Sequence record: PZ151149.1
DNA length: 64,000 nt
Source of the DNA: a phage
Direction: 5' to 3' (one strand)
Every line of letters starts with the position of its first letter. Position 1 is the stretch's first letter. Shown here piece after piece: positions 48,780-56,754 of the stretch. Below the pieces are notes generated by a model that saw nothing but the letters and a program-made list of their open reading frames with translations, had not been told where the DNA came from and searched no databases. Both the position numbers and the translations under genes were made by a program.

Positions 48780-50366
48780 ATGAAAACTACCAAAGAACTG
48801 ATGGAAAAATGGTCCCCGCTGCTGGAGAACGAAAAACTGCCGGAAATCGCAACTGCGTCTAAGCAGAAACTGGTTGCTAAAATTCTGGAATCTCAGGAAG
48901 CGGACTTTGCTGTAGACCCGATCTATAAGGATGAAAAAGTTGTTGAAGCATTCGGTGGCTTTATCGCAGAAGCCGAAGTTGCTGGCGACCACGGTTATGA
49001 TGCATCTCAGATCGCGGCTGGTCAGACTACTGGTGCAATCACCAACGTAGGTCCGGCTGTTATCGGTATGGTTCGCCGTGCTATCCCTAACCTGATCGCA
49101 TTTGATATTTGTGGCGTTCAGCCGATGAGCACCCCGACTAGCCAGATCTTTGCAATCCGTTCTGTATACGGTCCTAACCCGCTGGCATCTCAGGCTAAAG
49201 AAGCATTCCATCCGATGTATGCTCCTGATGTGTTCCATAGCTCTCTGGCTGCTAAAGGTGCAACCACTGGTTCCCCGACTGGTACTCCGTTTGCTAAACT
49301 GGCAATCGGTACTCAGATTGCAGCGGGTGATATTGTTCACCACACCTTCGCAGAAACTGGTATTGCATATCTGCAAAACGTTACCGCAGACGCAGTAACC
49401 CCTACCAAAGCAGGTCAAGAAACCGCAGACGAAACTGTTATGAAGCTGATGGAAGAAGGTAAGCTGGCTGAAATCGCTTATGGTATGGCTACTTCCATCG
49501 CGGAAATTCAGGAAGGCTTTAACGGTTCTCAGAATAACCCGTGGGCTGAAATGTCAATGCGTATTGACAAACAGGTTGTTGAAGCGAAATCTCGCCAACT
49601 GAAAGCCCGTTACTCTATCGAAGTTGCACAGGATCTGCGTGCTGTACATGGTATGGACGCTGACGCTGAACTGAATGCGATCCTGGCTAACGAAGTTCTG
49701 CTGGAAATCAACCGTGAAATCGTTGATGTAATCAACTTTACCGCTCAGGTTGGTAAAACTGGTATGACTCAGACCGTTGGTTCTAAAGCTGGTGTATTTG
49801 ACCTGCAAGACCCGATCGATACTCGCGGTGCTCGTTGGGCTGGTGAATCCTTCAAATCTCTGATCTACCAGATCGACAAAGAAGCTGCTGAAATCGCTCG
49901 TCAGACTGGTCGCGGTGCTGGTAACTTTGTTATCGCTTCCCGTAACGTTGTAAACATTCTGGCTTCTGCTGATCAGGGTATCAGTCTTGCTATGCAGGGT
50001 GCTGCAAAAGGTCTGAATACCGACACCACTAAAGCTGTTTTCGCTGGTGTTCTGGCTGGTAAGTACAAAGTATTCATCGACCAGTATGCTCGTCAGGACT
50101 ACTTCACCGTAGGTTACAAAGGCGACAACGAAATGGATGCTGGTATCTACTATGCTCCGTATGTTGCTCTGACTCCGCTGCGTGCAACTGATCCGCAGTC
50201 TTTCCACCCGGTTCTGGGCTTCAAGACTCGCTACGGCATCGGTATTAACCCGTTTGCAGACAGCAAATCCCAGGCACCGTCCGCTCGCATCACCTCCGGT
50301 ATGTTGAGCAAAGACAGCGTAGGTAAAAACGCATACTTCCGTCGTGTATGGGTTAAAGGTTGCTAA
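48780..50366 (+). CDS. 23: major capsid protein gp23
   Basis: 528 aa, T4 order; strongly codon-optimised. Confidence 0.97.
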   Translation: MKTTKELMEKWSPLLENEKLPEIATASKQKLVAKILESQEADFAVDPIYKDEKVVEAFGGFIAEAEVAGDHGYDASQIAAGQTTGAITNVGPAVIGMVRRAIPNLIAFDICGVQPMSTPTSQIFAIRSVYGPNPLASQAKEAFHPMYAPDVFHSSLAAKGATTGSPTGTPFAKLAIGTQIAAGDIVHHTFAETGIAYLQNVTADAVTPTKAGQETADETVMKLMEEGKLAEIAYGMATSIAEIQEGFNGSQNNPWAEMSMRIDKQVVEAKSRQLKARYSIEVAQDLRAVHGMDADAELNAILANEVLLEINREIVDVINFTAQVGKTGMTQTVGSKAGVFDLQDPIDTRGARWAGESFKSLIYQIDKEAAEIARQTGRGAGNFVIASRNVVNILASADQGISLAMQGAAKGLNTDTTKAVFAGVLAGKYKVFIDQYARQDYFTVGYKGDNEMDAGIYYAPYVALTPLRATDPQSFHPVLGFKTRYGIGINPFADSKSQAPSARITSGMLSKDSVGKNAYFRRVWVKGC

Positions 50367-50450
50367 TATAAGCCATTCCTGAAAACTCCTGTCGGGTGCA
50401 ATGCCCGACTTATCATAAACCTTATGACAGTGTAAAGTGTTAATTCCAAA

Positions 50451-50479
50451 GGGAAGACTCGAAAGGGTCTTCCCTTTTT
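50451..50479 (+). terminator. intrinsic terminator after gp23
   Basis: GGGAAGAC-TCGAAAGG-GTCTTCCC hairpin plus TTTTTG; weaker hairpin at 50392..50410 precedes it. Confidence 0.6.
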
Positions 50480-50495
50480 GCGTATCATACCCCGT

Positions 50496-50503
50496 TATAA
50501 ATA
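50496..50503 (+). promoter_or_regulatory. possible late promoter (TATAAATA)
   Basis: TATAAATA motif in 23-24 intergenic region, about 265 nt upstream of small ORF. Confidence 0.4.
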
Positions 50504-50768
50504 AGGTTGCAAGCCTATATTCTATTGGGAGCGAAAATAGATACACACAACAAACAATTCCACCAATTTTCGTAGTAACTGCATGGCAAAGGGACCAATG
50601 AATGAAATGAGCGTTCATGTTGATATTGGGTCGGATAGATTTGGTAGATATACAAATCTGGTGTATGCCGACCTTGTTATGACACTCCAGCGTGACGCTA
50701 GCGGTAATTTTTGGTTTTGGTACGCTGTTCCCTGAATTAACCACAAATTCTCCATAAGGAGGAAATGC

Positions 50769-50921
50769 ATGAGTAAGAAAGAAAACAGCTATGTTATGAC
50801 TCGTAAGGAATACAACGAATTGATGTTAGCATTAGCTTATGCAATTATTCGTTCTGATCATGCAATTAATCTGGTAAACAAAGTTAACCGTAGCGTTGAT
50901 AATGTTTCTAGGAAGAAGTAA
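50769..50921 (+). CDS. small hypothetical protein (50 aa) in the T4 segC slot
   Basis: Strong RBS TAAGGAGG then ATG; MSKKENSYVMTRKEYNELMLALAYAIIRSDHAINLVNKVNRSVDNVSRKK. Confidence 0.45.
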   Translation: MSKKENSYVMTRKEYNELMLALAYAIIRSDHAINLVNKVNRSVDNVSRKK

Positions 50922-50930
50922 GTTTATTTT

Positions 50931-50955
50931 GGAATCCTTCGGATTCCTTTTTCTT
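50931..50955 (+). terminator. intrinsic terminator
   Basis: GGAATCC-TTC-GGATTCC hairpin plus TTTTTCTTTTT. Confidence 0.5.
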
Positions 50956-50959
50956 TTTG

Positions 50960-50967
50960 TATAAATA
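50960..50967 (+). promoter_or_regulatory. T4-type late promoter (TATAAATA)
   Basis: TATAAATA 37 nt upstream of gp24 ATG at 51005. Confidence 0.55.
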
Positions 50968-51004
50968 TGATATATCCATTAAGGCAAATACAGGATTCAT
51001 AAAC

Positions 51005-52246
51005 ATGACTCATATTTTTACTGAACTGTTGCGGGAATCTACTTCCTCAGTAGCTAACCAGACAGCGCGACCGCAACTATTATCATTAACTCGCGCGGTA
51101 AACAACCTGATTTTCTCTGATCTGGTAGCAATCCAGCCAACGGATCAACCAGTATCTGCATTGTACGGCCTACGTTATCTTAACCGTGATGGTCAGATGA
51201 CTTTCCGAACTGCTACAACCTATGGTGGCGCGGCTGGTGATCGCACAGAGATTGAAGAGTTTTCAAAAGAAAAATCTTATAACGAAGGCGCACTATTCAA
51301 ATCAGACGATGTTGTATACGAAGTTGTGACCGCTGGTACAGTCGGTGAAGATGCCGAAACTCCAGAAGCTGCAATCTTTAAAGGCATAATGACAAACAAA
51401 ATTCGTTTCTATAGCGATTGTGCATCGGTAGAATACTTTGAAGATAAAAACACCGAAATTTCGTCTACCTCTATGCAGTTTGATAAATGGCAGGTTAATG
51501 TAGGTTCTCGTAAACTGAAAACCTCATTCACGACCGAATTGATGCAGGATCTTGAGGCAAGCCAAATCAACTCTGAAAACTCTGTAATTGATCTTCTGGC
51601 TACTGTTGCTTCCGAAGAGATCAACAAAGATATTATTCAGAAGTTGATCACTGTATCATCTCGCTATAAAATTAAAGGGATCACCCCTGATGGCGTACTT
51701 TCTCTCGTTAGCGTTCAGGATGCACCAACACAAGCGCGTGAACTTTACCGCTATGCTTGCGAAATGAGCAATCAAATGTTGCGGACTTCCTCCTTTGCTG
51801 GTACATACGTTTTGGCGTCTTCTCGCGTGGTTGGCCTCCTGCAATCTACCGGATGGATGGAAGAAACCGACAATGCTCTAAGCGAAGGTCGTCTACGTTG
51901 CGGTCTGGAAGTGTACGCAGACACGACAACACCTTTCGATTATATGCTCGTTGGTTGTAAGCACATGATCGGTGATATGGAGAGTGTAGGTTCTCTGTTC
52001 TACTCCCCATATACAGAAGCCGACGGCGCTGGCGCGTATAAGAGTGTAATTGACCCTAATAGCTTCCAGCATCATGTAGCTATTATGAATCGTTATTCAC
52101 TCTCTGTCAACCCATATACATCAAAAGTTGATCAGGAAGAACACCAGGTCATCAAGGGTGACGATTGGGGTAAAATGGCTGGACGTTCAGAAATGTCCTA
52201 CATTTTAGGAATCGAACTGCCACCGCTTGAGATTGACAACGCTTAA
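51005..52246 (+). CDS. 24: capsid vertex protein gp24
   Basis: ELLRESTSS...RPQLLSLTRAVNNLIFSDLVAIQPTDQPV matches recalled T4 gp24; ATG 51005 preferred over TTG 50957. Confidence 0.9.
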   Translation: MTHIFTELLRESTSSVANQTARPQLLSLTRAVNNLIFSDLVAIQPTDQPVSALYGLRYLNRDGQMTFRTATTYGGAAGDRTEIEEFSKEKSYNEGALFKSDDVVYEVVTAGTVGEDAETPEAAIFKGIMTNKIRFYSDCASVEYFEDKNTEISSTSMQFDKWQVNVGSRKLKTSFTTELMQDLEASQINSENSVIDLLATVASEEINKDIIQKLITVSSRYKIKGITPDGVLSLVSVQDAPTQARELYRYACEMSNQMLRTSSFAGTYVLASSRVVGLLQSTGWMEETDNALSEGRLRCGLEVYADTTTPFDYMLVGCKHMIGDMESVGSLFYSPYTEADGAGAYKSVIDPNSFQHHVAIMNRYSLSVNPYTSKVDQEEHQVIKGDDWGKMAGRSEMSYILGIELPPLEIDNA

Positions 52247-52567
52247 CTAAATATCTAACCAAGACAAGTCAGATCCGCCCAAGATTTTTTCGACGGCGGA
52301 TCTATTTTCTTGATGATATAAGTTAAAACATGGTATCCCATGTCTACGGGCAACATAAACAGCAATTCTAGTTCCTCCCGAAACGATTCCATTAACTTCT
52401 TTCGCCCAAAATAACACACAATCTACAGGATCATCAAGTGTCTCACCTAAGACTTGAGCAACATTTCTAGAAAACAGATTTTGCATGTATAACGGTATAG
52501 AACGAGGATTATCATAAACGTGTTCTAATTCATCCATCGCCAGATTTTTTGTTCTAAGGTTTGCCAT
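52247..52567 (-). CDS. DprA/SLOG-like Rossmann-fold protein, C-terminal segment
   Basis: SRN...SGGTRIAVYVARRHGIPCF resembles the C-terminal DprA/Smf motifs. Confidence 0.55.
   Translation of the reverse strand: MANLRTKNLAMDELEHVYDNPRSIPLYMQNLFSRNVAQVLGETLDDPVDCVLFWAKEVNGIVSGGTRIAVYVARRHGIPCFNLYHQENRSAVEKILGGSDLSWLDI
52270..52304. terminator. hairpin between convergent genes (possible bidirectional terminator)
   Basis: AGATCCGCC...GGCGGATCT 9-bp stem with 15-nt loop, T-rich after. Confidence 0.4.
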
Positions 52568-52833
52568 GCAATAACATCATGACCGTTATGCTTGTGGTCA
52601 TAAAACTTCCAATTTGGAATGAAAATTTTTCTATAATCTGGATCGTAATACTTCATGAAAGCATTGTCCATACCGTAAGCCCCTCCAGAATGCGCTACAA
52701 CGCGATTTTCTGACAATACCCTCCCAATGGTACTAGCCATTATCAAAATGTCGCTAGGCGCTTTTCTAGAGCCTATTAAAGCACATCTACGAAGTGGTTT
52801 TACTCCAAATAGATCTTGTAACTGGTCAAACAT
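52525..52833 (-). CDS. DprA/SLOG-like Rossmann-fold protein, N-terminal segment
   Basis: ALIGSRKAP and VVAHSGGAYGMD resemble DprA GSR and SGxAxGxD motifs; GGAGG RBS. Confidence 0.55.
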   Translation of the reverse strand: MFDQLQDLFGVKPLRRCALIGSRKAPSDILIMASTIGRVLSENRVVAHSGGAYGMDNAFMKYYDPDYRKIFIPNWKFYDHKHNGHDVIAWQTLEQKIWRWMN

Positions 52834-52959
52834 AATATTTCCTCCATAGAAAGCAATATCATACTACAAGTTAATAACAAATACAAGTATCCGCGTAGCG
52901 GAAGCGAGCACAGCGAGCAATAAAACACTTCCAGTAATTGATTAATAAATGTTCGAAAC

Positions 52960-53011
52960 AAATTTTTATTATTCTATAAGATAAGTCTTCGTTTTGATCA
53001 TAATTTAATCA
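52960..53011. repeat. intergenic repeat element, copy C
   Basis: CGAAACAAATTTT plus TCTTCGTTTTGATCATAATTTAATCA shared with copies at 16151 and 53135. Confidence 0.5.
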
Positions 53012-53110
53012 TACATGTAAAAACTACACAAAAGGATATCGCTTCGCGAACTCCTACGGAGTATAACATTTGTGTTACAATATGTAGTGAGTAATAATTA
53101 ACCAAAGATA

Positions 53111-53160
53111 CATTTTCTATGTTCTAAAGATCTTTCTTCGTTTTGATCATAATTTAATCA
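53111..53160. repeat. intergenic repeat element, copy B (contains palindrome AAAGATCTTT)
   Basis: 35 nt near-identical to 16158..16192, then 26 nt identical to 52986..53011. Confidence 0.6.
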
Positions 53161-53246
53161 AACAGTATTAATATTGTGCACATGTAAACTAAAATTATGT
53201 TAATAACATATACAAAAAAGCCGCCCAGAAGGACGGCTAATGTTAA

Positions 53247-53684
53247 TTATTTGTTGATAACGATCTGATTTCGGCGAATGGTAACATTACTCTTAGAGAT
53301 GATCAGATCATCCGGCACGACGTTAGTTTTGTATGGTTGGAAGCGAACAAGCATCTGATTGCGTTTAGACCCTTCCTTAATCTTGATCTCCATCTGGATA
53401 TTGTTGCCTACGTGAGCAACCGCAATTTCACCTTTATTCTCATAGACCCACTTGATGGTAACGTCTCCAGCAAAAGCCTTAATAACTTGCAATGCTTCGT
53501 CGTATGCGGTAGAGCTGTGAACTTTCAGAAGTCCAGCCGTAGCAAGACGGGAGCAGGTGATCGCCGGAGATTGCCAAACATCAACATTAATTTGCTCAAT
53601 CAGAGTAACACCGCCCTGATCAACTGCTTTGAATGCTTCGAACATTGCCTTTTTCATTGCTACGTGGTTTTTACGGAATTTCAT
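53247..53684 (-). CDS. hypothetical protein
   Basis: 145 aa ORF, no recognised motif. Confidence 0.55.
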   Translation of the reverse strand: MKFRKNHVAMKKAMFEAFKAVDQGGVTLIEQINVDVWQSPAITCSRLATAGLLKVHSSTAYDEALQVIKAFAGDVTIKWVYENKGEIAVAHVGNNIQMEIKIKEGSKRNQMLVRFQPYKTNVVPDDLIISKSNVTIRRNQIVINK

Positions 53685-53730
53685 AATTAGTCACCTCTAT
53701 TGATTAGTTATTCAGAATATTAATTACAAA

Positions 53731-54006
53731 TCAGGACATTGCCCGTTTGAATGCGTCCATTATAACAGTGTTATTTGGCTTGTCAACACGTTTTTGAACT
53801 TTATTTTTAAATTTTTTGTTGATGTGGTGTTTACGATAAACAACCTTTTCACGGCTGGCGTAAGCCTCGCGTGCATCTTTTACCATCAACCATGCCTTAG
53901 CCGCATCTTGTCCGCTGATCCCGCCAATCTTTTTAGCAATATCAACAAAATTAAGACCGTGGTCTTCGCGTAGCATGTAAACCATTAACGCTGTTTTCTT
54001 GTCCAT
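53731..54006 (-). CDS. putative helix-turn-helix DNA-binding protein
   Basis: Start at internal Met MDKK; HTH-like segment NFVDIAKKIGGISGQDAAKAW; ATGA overlap with upstream membrane gene. Confidence 0.45.
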   Translation of the reverse strand: MDKKTALMVYMLREDHGLNFVDIAKKIGGISGQDAAKAWLMVKDAREAYASREKVVYRKHHINKKFKNKVQKRVDKPNNTVIMDAFKRAMS

Positions 54007-54203
54007 CACTTCGCCCCATTGACGATTAACAGGATAGTGATCAGTACCGGAAACTGGATCATGACAGTACCAAAAAACCGGATAAACGCATTTTCTGATT
54101 TCCATACATGACATGCGACTAGCTGATAGACCATTGTTGCAACCAAAGCCAGAAAATACATCTCGATTGGTGTTTCTTTGATCAATCGTACAATCTCATT
54201 CAT
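54006..54203 (-). CDS. small membrane protein
   Basis: 65 aa, two hydrophobic helices, GAGGTG RBS. Confidence 0.5.
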   Translation of the reverse strand: MNEIVRLIKETPIEMYFLALVATMVYQLVACHVWKSENAFIRFFGTVMIQFPVLITILLIVNGAK

Positions 54204-54322
54204 ACTTCACCTCATACATTCATAAACACAACAACGAATAATACAGTAACAGTTATCAACGCCATTTTCAACCCCACATTCATAATATTTTCTTCGCCTC
54301 ACTATGACAGTAGCATGTCGAT

Positions 54323-54363
54323 GCGTGCCATTATAGGCATCTAAATAGCTCTGTCAAGCACTA
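54323..54363 (-). promoter_or_regulatory. sigma70-type promoter (TTGACA-17-TATAAT)
   Basis: -35 at 54353..54358 and -10 at 54330..54335 on minus strand. Confidence 0.5.
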
Positions 54364-54369
54364 AAAACA

Positions 54370-54392
54370 AAAAAGCCACCCCGAAGGATGGC
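54370..54392 (-). terminator. intrinsic terminator after hoc
   Basis: AGCCACCCCGAAGGATGGCT hairpin with T6 on minus strand. Confidence 0.5.
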
Positions 54393-54404
54393 TGATAGAT
54401 TTCA

Positions 54405-55619
54405 TTAAGCAGGATGCGTTTCACGAATGCATAGAACTCGCTCTAACGTATCTCGGTCCAGTTTATGTAAATCTTTGGAATGATACATGAAACCATTGCG
54501 AGATTCCATGCAAGTGCAATCACTATATTTTTCTTCCGCTGCCGCGATTGTCTCCAGATCTTTGGCGTACTTGCTGGTAGAATAAACTTCTCGGTCACGC
54601 CACTCTAACCCAGCCTCATTGAATTTAACAATCTCGTCAAATACCCACCATCCAATGTAGATAAATGAAGTTTTGCGCCACGGGATCGGGTGTACGTAAC
54701 GAAACATTTTAACAACTTCAATGGAACATTTTCTGCTTGTACTTGCTGCAACTTCTACTGTTTCATTTTCGATCTGTTGATATAGTTTAGCAACACACCA
54801 GAATTTGGCTGTGTCATCGTAAGTAGCACTCTCTTTGAACAGATGACCGTCTGGAGTGATAGAAAATCCTTCCAGTTCTTCGCCGTCCTCACTACCGATT
54901 AGAGTCGGTGACAGTTGCCCTTCGCGCTGCAAATACCAGTTATGTTTGATCGTCAATTCAGGCATACCGCTAGAATCGCCTACAATGTCCTCTGACACAA
55001 CATAATTAAGTAAGATCTCATTACCTAGTGCCACGGTCTTTGATTCCACCACATCCTGATCTACGTTCATTGTTGCCAGCATGATTTTAGTCGATGCGCT
55101 ATTGGCTGAATTTTCCGACTCACCCCACACTTTTACAGTATACACGCCGTTTTTATCTGCTGTAAATTTTTGGATTGTAGTATTCTGTTTTGTGTCTATA
55201 ACTTCTTCGCCCTTACTCCAACTATAATGTAGTTCATAGTTGTCTGCTGGAGTCTTCCCACCCGAAAATTTTACTGTTGCATGTAATTCTACGTCTTTTT
55301 GTGATGATACGTAGAAATGCGGCGGTTCGGTGATATTTACGATTAATTCCGCTTCTTCCATGAGGAAAACTTCAGATTCTACTGATTCCGTCGTATCGGT
55401 ATCTTGTACCGTTACTTTATAGCTACCCGCATTTTCACTTGTTGCGCCTTCTACAGTTAGCGTAGCTGTGCTATTTTCATGCGGTTTGTCGTCTTTTGTC
55501 CATGTATATGTCAAATTGCTGGGTAATGGTTCGTCACCCTCTACAGTCGCCGTTAAGGTGAAACCATCGCCAGCAAGAAAACATCTTTTGTCAGATTTAA
55601 TTGATACTGTGAAAGCCAT
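54405..55619 (-). CDS. hoc: Hoc-like outer capsid decoration protein with Ig-like domains
   Basis: 404 aa; repeated Ig-like segments (YTWTK...SYKVTVQD, YSWSK...VYTVKVWG) and position after gene 24. Confidence 0.75.
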   Translation of the reverse strand: MAFTVSIKSDKRCFLAGDGFTLTATVEGDEPLPSNLTYTWTKDDKPHENSTATLTVEGATSENAGSYKVTVQDTDTTESVESEVFLMEEAELIVNITEPPHFYVSSQKDVELHATVKFSGGKTPADNYELHYSWSKGEEVIDTKQNTTIQKFTADKNGVYTVKVWGESENSANSASTKIMLATMNVDQDVVESKTVALGNEILLNYVVSEDIVGDSSGMPELTIKHNWYLQREGQLSPTLIGSEDGEELEGFSITPDGHLFKESATYDDTAKFWCVAKLYQQIENETVEVAASTSRKCSIEVVKMFRYVHPIPWRKTSFIYIGWWVFDEIVKFNEAGLEWRDREVYSTSKYAKDLETIAAAEEKYSDCTCMESRNGFMYHSKDLHKLDRDTLERVLCIRETHPA

Positions 55620-55714
55620 ATAAAGCCACTCCCATAGAAAATCCGAATTTAATTAATTGAAATAGTTGATTGCCATCAACCAGATAACCATTGCGAGATT
55701 CTAATACATGAGTA

Positions 55715-55879
55715 TTAGAATAGTGATGCAACGAGGCCGAAATAGTATCGATCTCGTCTGGGTATTTGTTCTGCTATAAAGTCTGCTGTACTCACAACAA
55801 TCTTTAACAGAAGTGGATGACCAACGGAGCCATAAACCGGACCTTCTGTTTGATGCAATACATTGATTTTGTTAGACAT
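55715..55879 (-). CDS. small hypothetical protein
   Basis: AGAGGA RBS then ATG (MSNKINV); 54 aa. Confidence 0.35.
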   Translation of the reverse strand: MSNKINVLHQTEGPVYGSVGHPLLLKIVVSTADFIAEQIPRRDRYYFGLVASLF

Positions 55880-55958
55880 GTAGTATCCTCTTTTTAATTG
55901 CATAACGGAACTACAATTAAAATTATAACAAATATTTCACAACTTTTATCACCCAAAA

Positions 55959-56684
55959 TTACTTGAGTGTGTGGAATTGGCTATGTTTAGTCTCTCGCAC
56001 CTTGACAGACCCATCGCGTTTGATATAATAGATCAGTGACTTGAGGGTGTCGTGTACATACGCGTGCGGGAAACGCTCTGGATACTTCTTCCAATCTGGA
56101 GTATTAACGATCCAGTCGAAGATCCACCACGGGCAGGAGTAGTAACCACGACCGCCACCGATCAAGCAAATGGTCGGACGGAAGCCAGTAAGATCGCAAA
56201 ATGAATCAGTGTCATGTGCGGGGGGACGATGTTCTGCTTCGTCAGAGAAAATGTTTGCTACCGGAGATTCCACTTTAACTTCCGGTGCTTCTTCAACATC
56301 TGACTTAACTTCTTCAACCACTGGTTCAACTGTTGGAGATTCTTCTTTTGTTTCTTCAATGACGATCTCAGGTTCTTTCATTGCTTCAACCAGAGACGGG
56401 TCAACTTCGTCGAATACCACTTTATCATCTGCGGTGTCTGTTGCCAGAATAAGATCGTTAATACTGGTTCCTTCTGCCGGAGTTTCTTCTTCCATTTCGG
56501 AAGCCAGTTTAGTTAATTCGGTTTCTACGAACTCGATCATGTTCTCTAGTGATAAAGTCTTTTTGACCTTAATATCAAATTGTTTTGCGTAGTCCGCTAA
56601 TTCTGTTTTAGCTGTTTTCTGTGCTTCTTTGTCGTCGGACGCCGCAATAGCGCGGAGTTCTTCGAAATATTCTTTATCAAACAT
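55959..56684 (-). CDS. protein at T4 inh position (acidic middle, conserved-looking C-terminal domain)
   Basis: 241 aa between hoc and uvsW; positional assignment only. Confidence 0.4.
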   Translation of the reverse strand: MFDKEYFEELRAIAASDDKEAQKTAKTELADYAKQFDIKVKKTLSLENMIEFVETELTKLASEMEEETPAEGTSINDLILATDTADDKVVFDEVDPSLVEAMKEPEIVIEETKEESPTVEPVVEEVKSDVEEAPEVKVESPVANIFSDEAEHRPPAHDTDSFCDLTGFRPTICLIGGGRGYYSCPWWIFDWIVNTPDWKKYPERFPHAYVHDTLKSLIYYIKRDGSVKVRETKHSQFHTLK

Positions 56685-56710
56685 GTTATTCTCCTGATTG
56701 GGGGTGTTTG

Positions 56711-56718
56711 TATAAATA
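56711..56718 (+). promoter_or_regulatory. T4-type late promoter (TATAAATA)
   Basis: TATAAATA 36 nt upstream of uvsW ATG at 56755. Confidence 0.5.
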
Positions 56719-56754
56719 TTTGTATACTGTATTTATTGAGTGAGGCTATTCGCT

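Noticed and set aside
49554-50744. 396-aa minus-strand ORF
   Set aside because: Lies antisense inside the major capsid gene 23 (very high-confidence, codon-optimised); translation is low-complexity with no motifs, so treated as a spurious antisense ORF.
50957-51004. Upstream extension of gene 24 (track start at 50957)
   Set aside because: The track start is a TTG codon lying inside the TATAAATA late promoter; the N-terminus recalled for T4 gp24 aligns from the ATG at 51005.
56740-56754. Upstream extension of uvsW (track start at 56740)
   Set aside because: Track start is GTG immediately after a late promoter; ATG at 56755 gives a protein of about 500 aa consistent with UvsW.
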